Shown here piece after piece: positions 19,453-30,531 of a stretch of 64,000 nt of DNA (positions within the stretch are counted from its first letter, which is position 1; the number at the start of each line of letters is the position of its first letter). The position numbers and the translations under genes were made by a program. The notes beneath the pieces were generated by a model. That model was not told the origin of the DNA. It saw only the letters and a list, made by a program, of their open reading frames with translations, and did not search any database. This stretch comes from Hyphomicrobiales bacterium (GTDB lineage Bacteria; Pseudomonadota; Alphaproteobacteria; SPJN01): NCBI GenBank assembly GCA_006844605.1, contig SPJN01000004.1, positions 78,635 through 142,634 of the forward strand, given 5' to 3'.

Positions 19453-19892
19453 CAGTCGTCATCTCCTTCCTTGGGCAGGCGGCCATGTTCGGCGAAATAA
19501 TTGAAAATTGTAATCATGGTCGATGCCACTGTGATCCCGACGCCGCCCTCGACTAACAAAATGCCGTAATGCTGGCCATGTATGGGGTCATGCGCGAGGA
19601 CGCTGTAATCAAGGAATGGTGCGCCTAAAAACAGGCTCCACACGCCGACGCCGATATAAAGCAACCAGCCGACAGCGGTAAAGCCGCGAACAATGTGGGG
19701 CGGGGCAACGTCATTGGCGGCATCAAGGCCGAAGATCAGCGCATAAAGCACAAAGGCAGCAGCAAAGATCACGCCGGCCTGAAAGCCACCACCGGGCCCG
19801 TAGTCACCGTGGAACTGAACATAAAGCGCAAACAGCAAAATCGGCGGGATCAGAATTTTCGTGATCACGCGAAGAATCAGATGATGGTTCAT
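19452..19892 (-). CDS. mrpB: Mrp/Mnh antiporter subunit B
   Basis: HGDYGPGGGFQAG signature. Confidence 0.92.
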   Translation of the reverse strand: MNHHLILRVITKILIPPILLFALYVQFHGDYGPGGGFQAGVIFAAAFVLYALIFGLDAANDVAPPHIVRGFTAVGWLLYIGVGVWSLFLGAPFLDYSVLAHDPIHGQHYGILLVEGGVGITVASTMITIFNYFAEHGRLPKEGDDD

Positions 19893-20476
19893 GCTGTTTC
19901 TCCCGTCTTGTCGGTTGCAGCTTTTTTCTTGCGGCGTGAACCTAAAAGCAACATCACGCCGATACCGGCGGTGAAAATCACGCCGGTTTCGCCCAAGGTG
20001 TCAAAACTACGATAGGACGCAAGGACAGAGGTAACGATATTGGGCACGTCGATGTCTTCTTCACTGCCCTTAATATAGTCGGGCGCAACATGCAGGTTCG
20101 CAGGTGCATTCGGATCCCCGAAATCAGGCATGTCAGCGGTGCCATACAGCAACGCGCCACCGACAACCAGTGTCACCAAAAGCGGTACGATATTGCTGCT
20201 GCTGGAAACCTTGCGCCGCCACCCGGTGACGGACAATGTTGCCAGCATCAAGACGGTTGAAATACCTGCGCCGACCGATGCTTCGGTAAAGGCAACGTCA
20301 ACCGCGTCCAGCACCACAAACAACACAGCCGATAGTAGCGAGTAGGCACCGGTCAACATGACCACGGCAAACAGATTGGTCAGGCGCAGAACCGCAATGG
20401 CGGTCACTGCCAACAGGACGAATAACAATATCGTCACCGCATGTTCCATAAACGAGGTGGAGATAAAGTCAGTCAT
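19889..20476 (-). CDS. Mrp subunit B-related protein (DUF4040 / MrpA C-terminal-like)
   Basis: AVDVAFTEASVGAG and NIVTSVLASYRSFDTLGE motifs; GGAGGA upstream of ATG 20476. Confidence 0.88.
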   Translation of the reverse strand: MTDFISTSFMEHAVTILLFVLLAVTAIAVLRLTNLFAVVMLTGAYSLLSAVLFVVLDAVDVAFTEASVGAGISTVLMLATLSVTGWRRKVSSSSNIVPLLVTLVVGGALLYGTADMPDFGDPNAPANLHVAPDYIKGSEEDIDVPNIVTSVLASYRSFDTLGETGVIFTAGIGVMLLLGSRRKKKAATDKTGETA

Positions 20477-20478
20477 GA

Positions 20479-20862
20479 TCAATCCTCCGCCTTTTCGCCG
20501 GGTTCAACAGCCGGTAGGGAAAAAGCTGCCGCGCTTTGTTTGCTGACATGGTTGGCTTTCAATTGCGGCTTGCGCCCGGCATAAAGCGATGCCTGCGCCA
20601 GCGCGTGACTGGCGACGGGGCTGGTCATCCACATGAAGGCCAAAATCAACAACAACTTGAAACTGATTAGGCTAAATCCAGCCTGGATGCCCAAACCCGC
20701 CAATATCAAAAAAGTGCCCAGCGTATCTGTCACGCCCGCTGCATGAAGTCGTGCATAGACATCCGGCAGGCGCAAAACGCCAATGCCGCCTACCAAAAGG
20801 AAGAAGGAACCGCCAAGCAGCAGCGCCCAACTGGCGTAGTTTGCAATCTCAGCAACGGTCAT
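20479..20862 (-). CDS. mrpG: Mrp/Mnh antiporter subunit G
   Basis: GVLRLPDVYARLHAA and TSPVASHAL motifs. Confidence 0.92.
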   Translation of the reverse strand: MTVAEIANYASWALLLGGSFFLLVGGIGVLRLPDVYARLHAAGVTDTLGTFLILAGLGIQAGFSLISFKLLLILAFMWMTSPVASHALAQASLYAGRKPQLKANHVSKQSAAAFSLPAVEPGEKAED

Positions 20863-21158
20863 TGCGCGCCCTCCTGATCCTGAAGTTCTGCGGTTGAGGC
20901 ACCAAGCGTGCGGTAGCGGAAGAACTTAAGAATGGCGATGGTGCCGATGAAGTTGATCAGGGCATAAACAATCGCGATGTCCAAAAATTCCGGGCGGCCT
21001 GTCAAAAAGCCGAACACCGCAATCAGCAGCACAGTTTTGGTGCCGAACATATTCACCGCCAACACGCGGTCATATACGGTCGGGCCGGACAGCAGCCGGA
21101 CAAGCGCCATTAACATTGTCACCATCAGCGCGATGGCGGTGGCAGCAAACATGGTCAT
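20859..21158 (-). CDS. mrpF: Mrp/Mnh antiporter subunit F
   Basis: GPTVYDRVLA and DIAIVYALINFIG motifs. Confidence 0.92.
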   Translation of the reverse strand: MTMFAATAIALMVTMLMALVRLLSGPTVYDRVLAVNMFGTKTVLLIAVFGFLTGRPEFLDIAIVYALINFIGTIAILKFFRYRTLGASTAELQDQEGAQ

Positions 21159-21661
21159 GCGTCACCTCTGGCAATTTTGGCATTTTTGCGTTCATGTTCC
21201 GCCGCTGAAACCTTTCGGTCCATCGTGCCTTCTTCAAGGTCTTTTGCGGCATCTTCAGATAGGGCGTGGACCAAAAACTCGTCCCCCTCAATGGCAACGG
21301 TTACAGTGCCGGGGGTTAAGGTGATGGAATTGGCGTAAAGCACCTTGCCCAAATCTGAATGCTGGCTTGATTTCAGCGTGAACAGCGTGGGGGAGATGTT
21401 CAGGGACGGGGCCAATATACGCTTGGTCACGTCGATATTGGCTTTGACGATTTCGATAAACAGCCATGGCCAATAGATCAGAATCGAAAACCCGATTTCA
21501 TAAGGCGTGCCTTCGATATCGACGATGCCTTTACGCAGCGCAATATAGACAACGCCCAAGACGGATGCTGCCCCGAATGATAAAAGTAATGTACTGAAAT
21601 GGCCGGACATGCCGATCCATAATAGTGACAAGACGACAGTGAGCGTGAAGGCGCGTGCCAA
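21155..21661 (-). CDS. mrpE: Mrp/Mnh antiporter subunit E
   Basis: [19 protein letters not shown] and LVHAL motifs; GTG start. Confidence 0.92.
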   Translation of the reverse strand: MARAFTLTVVLSLLWIGMSGHFSTLLLSFGAASVLGVVYIALRKGIVDIEGTPYEIGFSILIYWPWLFIEIVKANIDVTKRILAPSLNISPTLFTLKSSQHSDLGKVLYANSITLTPGTVTVAIEGDEFLVHALSEDAAKDLEEGTMDRKVSAAEHERKNAKIARGDA

Positions 21662-21910
21662 TTTTGCCCCCCAAAAATTGCATTGACCAATAGTGGCCCG
21701 TCCGACTCATTTAGATTGAGGCGTATAGGCCATGAATTGCCCCTTATGCCACAAGATATGGGCAGCGCAAAGGGTTTGCGCGCCGCACCTTTTTTGGGTT
21801 TGTCGGCGCAGAAAATGTCGCTTTGCGTAAAACATATGGCCATGTCGATTTCTATCTTGAGTTGCGTGACGGCCCTGATAATATGCGTTGGGGTATTGGA
21901 GGGCGTTGAG

Positions 21911-22522
21911 ATGGCCGTGACTGAAACGGTTGACCGACAGATAGAATGCAGATCAACCGATAGCGGCGGCGAAATTGCGCCGAACACACTGGTGACAGGT
22001 CGCGTAAAGTGGTTCGATCCGGTCAAGGGCTATGGCTTTATAGTCCCAGATGATGGCGCGCGCGATATTCTGCTCCATATTAGTTGTTTGCGCGATCATG
22101 GCACGCGCACCACATTTGAAGGCGCAACAATTCAGATCAGCACCATTGAAACCGAAAAGGGCCTTCAGGTTGATGAGGTTTTAGAGCTGGACAATTCAAC
22201 AGCAGTGTCCGGCGCAGTGATGAGCCAGCGTGGCGAATTCAGTCCTGTTACCGGTGACGGCCCGGTGGGCGGACAAGGCGTCTTGCGTAATGGCAAGCGT
22301 GTTGAGGCGATAGGCGAATTTTTGCCCGTGACGGTAAAATGGTTCAATCGCGTCAAAGGTTATGGCTTTGTTTGCGAAGACGGCGACGATGCCCCGGACA
22401 TATTCATCCATATGGAAACCTTGCGGCAGTTCGGCTTTGCCGGACTTGAACCCGAAGAGGAACTTGAAGTTCGGGTGGGTGAGGGTAAAAAGGGCCTGCA
22501 GGTCGCTGAAATCCGTATTTGA
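21911..22522 (+). CDS. Cold-shock protein with two tandem CSD domains
   Basis: Two copies of VKWFxxxKGYGF...DI(L/F)xH; start trimmed to ATG 21911 after GGAGGG. Confidence 0.92.
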   Translation: MAVTETVDRQIECRSTDSGGEIAPNTLVTGRVKWFDPVKGYGFIVPDDGARDILLHISCLRDHGTRTTFEGATIQISTIETEKGLQVDEVLELDNSTAVSGAVMSQRGEFSPVTGDGPVGGQGVLRNGKRVEAIGEFLPVTVKWFNRVKGYGFVCEDGDDAPDIFIHMETLRQFGFAGLEPEEELEVRVGEGKKGLQVAEIRI

Positions 22523-22608
22523 CAGGCCGTCCCGCATTAGGTCGGGCTTGTGTGTTTAGCCGTAATTGCTTTACCTAGATGGTAAGTATTGGCTGACCGG
22601 ATTGTTTG

Positions 22609-23118
22609 ATGCATTCACTTTATAGATATGTGCTTGTGGGGCTGGGTGTCCTGTTGTTTGCGGCGACTGCTGTGGCGACCGCTGTGACGACCGCTGCGGC
22701 GATGAGTGATCGGGCTGCGGGCAATGCACCAGACGGTTATTCCCGGTTGACCATCCAGCGCGGCGATATCACGATTGCGACTTATCAGGTGGAGGTCGCC
22801 GCAACCGAAGGGCAGCGCGCGCAGGGGCTGATGTTTCGGCAAAAACTACCGGCTGATCAGGGCATGTTGTTTATATATGAACAGCCGCGGCCCGTGCGCA
22901 TGTGGATGAAAAACACCTATATCCCGCTTGATATGCTGTTTGCTGACGATAGTGGCCTTATCACCCATATCCATCGGGGGGCCAAGCCCCATGATTTGAC
23001 ACCGATAGCCGGCGGTGCGGCGGTTCGTTATGTACTGGAAATCAGGGCAGGGCATGCGTCTGCACGGGGCTTGCGAGTCGGTGACTATTTGATCCATAAA
23101 AATATCAACAAACAATAA
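22609..23118 (+). CDS. DUF192 family exported protein
   Basis: VEVA...RAQGLMFR, GMLF, MWMKNTYIPLDMLF and VLEI motifs; N-terminal signal peptide. Confidence 0.9.
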   Translation: MHSLYRYVLVGLGVLLFAATAVATAVTTAAAMSDRAAGNAPDGYSRLTIQRGDITIATYQVEVAATEGQRAQGLMFRQKLPADQGMLFIYEQPRPVRMWMKNTYIPLDMLFADDSGLITHIHRGAKPHDLTPIAGGAAVRYVLEIRAGHASARGLRVGDYLIHKNINKQ

Positions 23119-23141
23119 TAACTCATTGAAAAGAGAAGATT

Positions 23142-23663
23142 TTGACTGATTTTCCTGAAGCTGTATTTGCGCATAGCTTTTATGCCACTTATGAGGATGA
23201 CGACACCCCGGATGATGCGCCCGAAGAGTACAGCGTCAATCCCCATTCGGGGCCTTTTTCAGTACGGAACGGACCGATATATCACCGTGCGGCAACTGAT
23301 CAGGAAATGGCAGCGCGCCCTGAACTGGCCCCTTTTGTCCGTGCGTTTCGGGCGCGAACCCGTCACTGCAATGGGGCGGGTATTGTGCATGGCGGCTGTT
23401 TGATGAGCTTTGCTGACGGTGTGTTGGGGCGCACGGCATGGGATGCCGCCCAAGGTCCATCGCTGACGATCCGTATGAATTCCGATATTTTACACATGGC
23501 GCGGCCCGGTGACTGGGTTGAAGGGCGCGGGCGTGTGGTGCGCAAAACCGATTCTGTCGTGTTTGTGGAAGCGGAAATCACGGTCGAAGGGCGCATGATC
23601 GTGTCCGCCAACGGCATATTCAAGATTATGCGCCGTCGTGGCTGGCGGAAGGAACAGAAATAG
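23142..23663 (+). CDS. PaaI-family hotdog thioesterase
   Basis: NGAGIVHGGCLMSFAD motif; TTG start uncertain. Confidence 0.85.
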   Translation: MTDFPEAVFAHSFYATYEDDDTPDDAPEEYSVNPHSGPFSVRNGPIYHRAATDQEMAARPELAPFVRAFRARTRHCNGAGIVHGGCLMSFADGVLGRTAWDAAQGPSLTIRMNSDILHMARPGDWVEGRGRVVRKTDSVVFVEAEITVEGRMIVSANGIFKIMRRRGWRKEQK

Positions 23664-23770
23664 CATCATTGTTCTGCCCACGCGGCAGATTGCCCGCCTT
23701 TTTAGGGGATTGATCACCTTGCCCACCCCGGTGCAAAGGTGTAAGCCAACAGCCAACCGTTGAATAAATG

Positions 23771-23847
23771 CGGGGCGTAGCTCAGCCTGGTAGAGCGCCT
23801 GCTTTGGGAGCAGGAAGTCGTCAGTTCGAATCTGGCCGCCCCGACCA
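23771..23847 (+). tRNA. tRNA-Pro (TGG)
   Basis: CGGGGCG/CGCCCCG acceptor stem, anticodon arm CCTGC-TT TGG GA-GCAGG, GTTCGAAT, CCA. Confidence 0.97.
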
Positions 23848-23911
23848 TTTCATGAGACAATGCGGCTGTGACTGTCTATTGTTAGCCGTTGATCATCGAA
23901 GGGCGTTTACT

Positions 23912-24208
23912 ATGACCAAGGCTCGGATTTATAAACCTGCGAAAACTGCCATGCAGTCAGGGCGCGCCAAAACCCAAAATTGGGTGTTGGAATTTGAACC
24001 TGCTGAACAAAAGCAGCTGGACCCGTTGATGGGCTGGACAGGTTCGGGTGACATGAATGGGCAGGTGCGTTTGCGCTTTGCCGACAAGGCCGCTGCCATC
24101 AGCTATGCTGAAAAGCACAATATCGCCCATGATGTAATTGAGCCGCAGGTCAGAACGCCCAAGCGTAAATCCTATGCGGATAATTTCCGGCCAACCCTGC
24201 CAGAGTAA
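23912..24208 (+). CDS. Complex I accessory subunit, NDUFS4-like (ETC complex I subunit)
   Basis: ARIYKPAKTAMQSG, DPLMGWTGSGD and KSYADNF motifs; real start ATG 23912, downstream of the tRNA. Confidence 0.92.
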   Translation: MTKARIYKPAKTAMQSGRAKTQNWVLEFEPAEQKQLDPLMGWTGSGDMNGQVRLRFADKAAAISYAEKHNIAHDVIEPQVRTPKRKSYADNFRPTLPE

Positions 24209-24245
24209 GGCGTCGTCGGGGCGCAAGCTGCCCCGATTATTTGCG

Positions 24246-24322
<77 letters not shown>

Positions 24323-24450
24323 TTTTCCTGCCAATTCAACCCTGTATCTCCAGTTTGTAGGTGTGATCAGCCTTGCGCCAATGGGGGGTGGTCTGTAATC
24401 ATCACGACTCATAAAGACAGCTATTCAATAGCTTGAAAAAATTAGGGTAG

Positions 24451-25515
<1,065 letters not shown>

Positions 25516-25532
25516 CGCGAAAGATCGCTTCC

Positions 25533-26681
25533 ATGATCCCTTACGGTCGCCAGTCAATCAGTGATGAAGACATTAAGGCCGTTGAAGATGTGCTGCGCTC
25601 CGATTGGTTGACGCAAGGCCCCGCCGTACCGCGTTTTGAACAGGCATTATGCGACGCGACAGGCGCACAGTTTGCGGTGGCTGCAAACAGCGCCACCTCC
25701 TCCCTTCATGCGGCCTGTCTGGCGCTTGGGCTGGGGGAAGGGGGCTTGTTGTGGACCAGCCCCAATACATTTGTGGCATCGGCCAATTGCGCGCTTTATT
25801 GCGGGGCCGATGTTGATTTCGTTGATATTGATCCTGTCAGCAGGAATATGTGTGTTCAGGCCTTGGCCGACAAATTGGCTGCCGCTGACCGCCTGCCGGA
25901 CATCGTTGTGCCTGTTGCCTTTTCCGGGCGCAGTGCAGAGATGGACGCGCTGGCCAAACTTGCCAATCAATATGGCTTTGCCGTTATTGAAGATGCCAGC
26001 CATGCCATTGGCGGCAGTTTCATGGACGCGGCGATCGGTTGTAATGACTATGCCGACATTACGATTTTCAGCTTTCATCCCGTTAAGATCGTCACAACGG
26101 CAGAGGGTGGGGCCGCACTGACCAATAGTGCTGAGCTTGAGGCGCGGTTGCGTCTTTATTGTTCTCACGGTGTGACCCGCGACCCTGATTTGCGTGCGCG
26201 CACCGATGATCCTGATCCGTGGAGTTATGATCAGATTGCGCTTGGCTATAATTACCGCATGACGGATATGCAGGCAGCCCTTGGTGCCAGCCAGATGGCA
26301 CAGTTGCCCGCGTTTAATCGGGCGCGTGCAAAACTGGCGCGCCGCTACGATGAATTGCTCGCGGACTTGCCTGTCAAATGCCCGTTGCCAGATGATAATC
26401 GTCACAAATCGGGGTGGCACCTATATGTGGTTGAACTTGCGCAGGGGATTGATCGGCGCAAGGTGTTTGAGGTTATGCGCGCATCCGGCATTGGCGTTAA
26501 TGTTCATTATCAGCCTGTTCACACCCAGCCCCATTATCAGGCGCTTGGATTTGCCGAAGGGGACTTCCCCCATGCAGAAAATTATTATGCACAGGCAATC
26601 AGCCTGCCGCTTTACGCCACCCTGACTGAGGCGGAGCAGGATCAGGTCGTGGCCGCATTGCGGGGGGCGATTGATGGCTGA
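25533..26681 (+). CDS. pseC: UDP-4-amino-4,6-dideoxy-N-acetyl-beta-L-altrosamine transaminase
   Basis: MIPYGRQ, LTQGP, EDASHA, FSFHPVKIVTTAEGG and LGYNYRMTD motifs. Confidence 0.93.
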   Translation: MIPYGRQSISDEDIKAVEDVLRSDWLTQGPAVPRFEQALCDATGAQFAVAANSATSSLHAACLALGLGEGGLLWTSPNTFVASANCALYCGADVDFVDIDPVSRNMCVQALADKLAAADRLPDIVVPVAFSGRSAEMDALAKLANQYGFAVIEDASHAIGGSFMDAAIGCNDYADITIFSFHPVKIVTTAEGGAALTNSAELEARLRLYCSHGVTRDPDLRARTDDPDPWSYDQIALGYNYRMTDMQAALGASQMAQLPAFNRARAKLARRYDELLADLPVKCPLPDDNRHKSGWHLYVVELAQGIDRRKVFEVMRASGIGVNVHYQPVHTQPHYQALGFAEGDFPHAENYYAQAISLPLYATLTEAEQDQVVAALRGAIDG

Positions 26682-27366
26682 CGCGGTTTGCATTATTCCC
26701 GCTCGTGGTGGATCAAAACGAATACCGCGCAAGAATGTGCTGCCATTTTGCGGCAAGCCGATGATTGCCTGGTCGATTGATGCGGCGAATAAAAGTAATT
26801 TGTTCACCCAAATTGTCGTGTCCACTGATGATGAAGAGATTGCCACGATCGCGCGGGCGTCAGGGGCCCAAACCCCTTTTATCCGTGATGCGTCGCTGGC
26901 TGATGATTTGACCGGCACGCAGCCAGTTATTGCAGATGCGATTGAACGGCTTGGGTTGGCTGACGATGTTGCGGTTTGTTGCCTTTATCCCACCGCACCG
27001 TTCGTAACGCCGGAAAGTTTGCGGAATGGTGCTGCGGCGCAGGATGATGCGCCCGGGTTTGCGATGACCGTCACGGCTTTTTCATTTCCTGTGCAGCGCG
27101 GTTTGCTTCTTGACGGCAGCCATCTCACCCCACGGGAACCACAACACATGACCGCCCGTTCGCAAGACCTTGACGAAGTGTATCATGACGCAGGCCAGTT
27201 CTATTGGGCGCGGGCCGCGGTGTGGTGTGATCCGGGCCAAAAAATTTGGGAAGATGCGCGCCCCGTGATTTTGCCGCCTTGGCAGGTGCAGGACATTGAT
27301 ACGCCAGATGATTGGCGGCAAGCAGAACTGAAAATGGCTGCACTTGCGGACATGCAGGATCAGTGA
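26674..27366 (+). CDS. pseF: Pseudaminic acid cytidylyltransferase
   Basis: IPARGGSKRIPRKN, RSQDL, HDAGQFYW and QDIDTPDDW motifs. Confidence 0.92.
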   Translation: MADAVCIIPARGGSKRIPRKNVLPFCGKPMIAWSIDAANKSNLFTQIVVSTDDEEIATIARASGAQTPFIRDASLADDLTGTQPVIADAIERLGLADDVAVCCLYPTAPFVTPESLRNGAAAQDDAPGFAMTVTAFSFPVQRGLLLDGSHLTPREPQHMTARSQDLDEVYHDAGQFYWARAAVWCDPGQKIWEDARPVILPPWQVQDIDTPDDWRQAELKMAALADMQDQ

Positions 27367-28475
27367 TGCCAGGATCAGTTAAGAAGGTTCTGTTCCGCGT
27401 TGATAGCGCAACCATGATCGGTGCCGGACACGTCATGCGGTGCCTGACCTTGGCGGAGGCATTGCGCGCAGAAGGAGCCGACTGTCGCTTTATTTGTCGT
27501 GATTTGCCCGGTGCCATTCAGGACAAGGTGCGGGATGCCAGATTTGATCTGACAGTGTTGCCAGCACCCGCAACTGACTATAGCGCAACAACAGATGACC
27601 CCGCCCACGCCCCGTGGCTTGGTGTGTCATGGCAGGACGACCTTACCCAGACCAAGGCGGTCATCGACGGTCCGGTGGATTGGTTGGTGGTTGATCACTA
27701 TGGCATAGATGTGCGCTGGCATAAGGGTATGCGCGCGCATGCCTCTCGCATCGCAGTGATTGATGAATTGGCGGACCGACCACTTGATTGTGATGTGCTG
27801 GTTTGTCAAAGCCTGCCGCATCAAATGATCAGTGCGCAGTTTGATCAATGTTTGTCTGAAAACGTTGTGCGCAACATTGGTCCGGACTATGCGTTATTGC
27901 GCCCGGAATTTGTGTCCGTGCGTGACCGTGCGGTTGCCCGCCGCAATTTGTTGGCGGTGCCGCAACGGGTGTTTGTTGCAAACGGTTATATGGATGCTGG
28001 TGGATTGGTGCCATTGGCGCTAAAGGCGTTGCGAGATTTTACTGATCTGGCTGTGGATGTCGCCATCGGGTCGGTAAGCCCCGTGATTGCTGAGGTGCGC
28101 GCCCTTGCCAATGCTTTGCCACATGTGTCCTTGTATGAGGATGCATCAGATATGGCAGGGTTGATGGCGCAGGCTGATCTGGCAATTGGTGGCGGCGGTG
28201 TCAGCAGTTTTGAACGCGCAACGGTCGGCCTGCCAACACTGGCAGTCAGTGTTGCTGACAATCAGACCGATTTGTTGCGCTTTGTGGCGGCGCACGGCGC
28301 TGTATCCTTTTTAGGAACGCTGGACGAAGTAACAACCAAGGTTATCAGACTTGCGGTGCAGGGGATGCTGGATGACCCCGCGCATTGGCAACAGATGGCT
28401 TCGGATAGCCTAGCGTTGTGTGACGGGCAGGGTGCTGCGCGTGTTGTCGAAACGATGCAGGGCCTGTCAGTATGA
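27366..28475 (+). CDS. pseG: UDP-2,4-diacetamido-2,4,6-trideoxy-beta-L-altropyranose hydrolase
   Basis: FRVD...IGAGHVMRCLTLA, VVDHY, YALLRPEF, ADNQ and DGQGAARV motifs; ATG overlaps the pseF stop. Confidence 0.9.
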   Translation: MPGSVKKVLFRVDSATMIGAGHVMRCLTLAEALRAEGADCRFICRDLPGAIQDKVRDARFDLTVLPAPATDYSATTDDPAHAPWLGVSWQDDLTQTKAVIDGPVDWLVVDHYGIDVRWHKGMRAHASRIAVIDELADRPLDCDVLVCQSLPHQMISAQFDQCLSENVVRNIGPDYALLRPEFVSVRDRAVARRNLLAVPQRVFVANGYMDAGGLVPLALKALRDFTDLAVDVAIGSVSPVIAEVRALANALPHVSLYEDASDMAGLMAQADLAIGGGGVSSFERATVGLPTLAVSVADNQTDLLRFVAAHGAVSFLGTLDEVTTKVIRLAVQGMLDDPAHWQQMASDSLALCDGQGAARVVETMQGLSV

Positions 28476-28999
28476 GTTTCAAGAGCGCCATGATATTGCG
28501 TCCGGTCGGTGCACAAGATCGAATCCGTTTACGTGATTGGCGCAATCAGGATTTCATCCGGCAGGCCAGCTTGACTGATCACAAGATTACCGTTGATGAA
28601 CATAATGCGTGGTTTGACAATATTCTGTCGCGCGATGACGGGGTGTGGTGTGTTGCTGAATTGCACGGCAACCCTGTCGGCCACGTCAATGCAGTGATGC
28701 AGGATGGCGATACATGGCAGTGGAGCTTTTATATCGGTGACCAGAATGCCCCCAAAGGGACGGGGGCAGCGATGCTGACGCTGTTTTTGGCGGAACTGTT
28801 TTCGCGTGATGGTGTGCAGGCTATTGCGGCACAGACTGTGGCGTCCAACGCGGCCTCCCGCCATCTTCATGAAAAGCTGGGGTTTGTGGTGACAGGTGAG
28901 GCTGATGATGTCCTGGACCTTTCCCTAAGCCGCGCCCGGTGGCAGGATAGTCAGGCAATATATGACGCGTGCCTGTCACGTGTGCCGAAAGGGGAGTAG
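28472..28999 (+). CDS. pseH: GNAT N-acetyltransferase of the pse pathway
   Basis: WRN...I...EH..WF, WSFYIG and N..S..LHEKLGF motifs; position in the operon. Confidence 0.85.
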   Translation: MSFKSAMILRPVGAQDRIRLRDWRNQDFIRQASLTDHKITVDEHNAWFDNILSRDDGVWCVAELHGNPVGHVNAVMQDGDTWQWSFYIGDQNAPKGTGAAMLTLFLAELFSRDGVQAIAAQTVASNAASRHLHEKLGFVVTGEADDVLDLSLSRARWQDSQAIYDACLSRVPKGE

Positions 29000-29005
29000 G
29001 CCGTC

Positions 29006-30061
29006 ATGGCTGATGAAATGCAGATTGCTGGACGCAAGATCGGGCCGGGTCACCCGCCCTATATCATTGCGGAAATGTCCGGCAATCATAATGGTGACAT
29101 TGATCGTGCGTTTGCTTTGATTGAGGCAGCGAAGGAAGCCGGCGCAGATGCGGTAAAGCTGCAAACCTATACTGCCGATACAATCACCATTAAATCAGAC
29201 CGGCCTGAGTTCAAGATTTCCGGCGGGTTGTGGGATGGCTATACGCTTCATGATTTATATGATGAGGCACATACGCCGTGGGACTGGCATCCGCGCCTGT
29301 TTGAAAAGGCAAAGGAAGTCGGTATCACGATTTTCTCGTCCCCGTTTGATTTTACGGCTATCGATTTTTTGGAAAGTCTTGATGCGCCCGCCTATAAAAT
29401 CGCGTCGTTTGAGCTGGTTGACCTGCCGCTGATCAAACGCGCTGCGGCAACGGGCAAGCCGCTGATCATGTCCACCGGCATTGCCAATTTGGACGAGATT
29501 GAGGATGCCATTGCTGCTGCCAAATCAGCGAATGTCAGTGCGCTATGCGTCCTTCACTGTATTTCTGCCTATCCGGCACCGGCAAGCCAAAGCCATCTGC
29601 AAACCATTCCAGATCTTGCCAAACGCTTTGATGTGTTAAGTGGATTGTCTGATCACACAATGGGTACGGCAGTGGCAACCACGGCAATTGCCATGGGGGC
29701 CTGCTTGATTGAAAAGCATTTTACGCTGGCGCGCGCTGATGGTGGTGTGGATTCAGACTTTTCGTTGGAACCGCATGAATTGAAGCGATTGGTTGATGAT
29801 TGCCGTACCGCTTGGGAGGCGATGGGCCCCGCACAATATGAGTTAAAGGGCGTTGAGGAAGCGAACCAACAGTTCCGCCGGTCGCTCTACATCACCGCAG
29901 AAATGAAGGCAGGTGATGTGTTGAGCGCGGATAACTTACGGTCCATCCGGCCCGGAAACGGCCTGCCGCCGCGGCACTATGATGAGCTGCTGGGCAAGGC
30001 GGTGTCGGCGGATATTGCTGCAGGCACGCCGCTATCTTGGGATATGATTAAACAAAACTAA
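29006..30061 (+). CDS. pseI: Pseudaminic acid synthase
   Basis: IIAEMSGNHNG, KLQTYT, KIASFE, GLSDHT, IEKHFTL and C-terminal SAF domain (RPGNGL). Confidence 0.95.
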   Translation: MADEMQIAGRKIGPGHPPYIIAEMSGNHNGDIDRAFALIEAAKEAGADAVKLQTYTADTITIKSDRPEFKISGGLWDGYTLHDLYDEAHTPWDWHPRLFEKAKEVGITIFSSPFDFTAIDFLESLDAPAYKIASFELVDLPLIKRAAATGKPLIMSTGIANLDEIEDAIAAAKSANVSALCVLHCISAYPAPASQSHLQTIPDLAKRFDVLSGLSDHTMGTAVATTAIAMGACLIEKHFTLARADGGVDSDFSLEPHELKRLVDDCRTAWEAMGPAQYELKGVEEANQQFRRSLYITAEMKAGDVLSADNLRSIRPGNGLPPRHYDELLGKAVSADIAAGTPLSWDMIKQN

Positions 30062-30082
30062 AACTAATTAGGGAGCGATTTT

Positions 30083-30511
30083 ATGAGCTTTTCATCAACC
30101 ATTCCGACATCCGGTTATTCGCCAAATCTGCAACGATGGATGGATTACCTGTTGGGCGATCATGACAAGGATGAGCTGTATGATATGCTTGATCCGGACG
30201 CGGTTTTCTTCAGCCCCGTTGTGTTTCGCGGACAGGAAGGGCGCGACCTGACATTCGCCTATTTGACTGCCGCTGGCCAAACACTGAATGATGACTTCAA
30301 ATATGTGAACGTGTTTGATTGTGGTGATCAGGCGATTTTGGAATTTGAAGTAAATGTGGATGGCATGTATGTGAACGGCATCGACATGATTTTTTGGAAT
30401 GATGCAGGCAAAATCACAAAGTTTAAAGTGATGCTGCGCCCGATGAAGGCGCTTGAAGTAACCCGCCAGAATATGGCCAAGGCGCTTGCGGCGATGAACG
30501 ACGCAGGCTGA
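30083..30511 (+). CDS. NTF2/SnoaL-like family protein
   Basis: DAVFFSPVV, LEF...NGIDMI and GKITKFKVMLRP pattern. Confidence 0.85.
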   Translation: MSFSSTIPTSGYSPNLQRWMDYLLGDHDKDELYDMLDPDAVFFSPVVFRGQEGRDLTFAYLTAAGQTLNDDFKYVNVFDCGDQAILEFEVNVDGMYVNGIDMIFWNDAGKITKFKVMLRPMKALEVTRQNMAKALAAMNDAG

Positions 30512-30531
30512 CTATATCGGAGCGTAATCAG

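Noticed and set aside
23768-23911. N-terminal extension of the 146-aa ORF
   Set aside because: It is a translation of the tRNA-Pro gene; the real start is ATG 23912.
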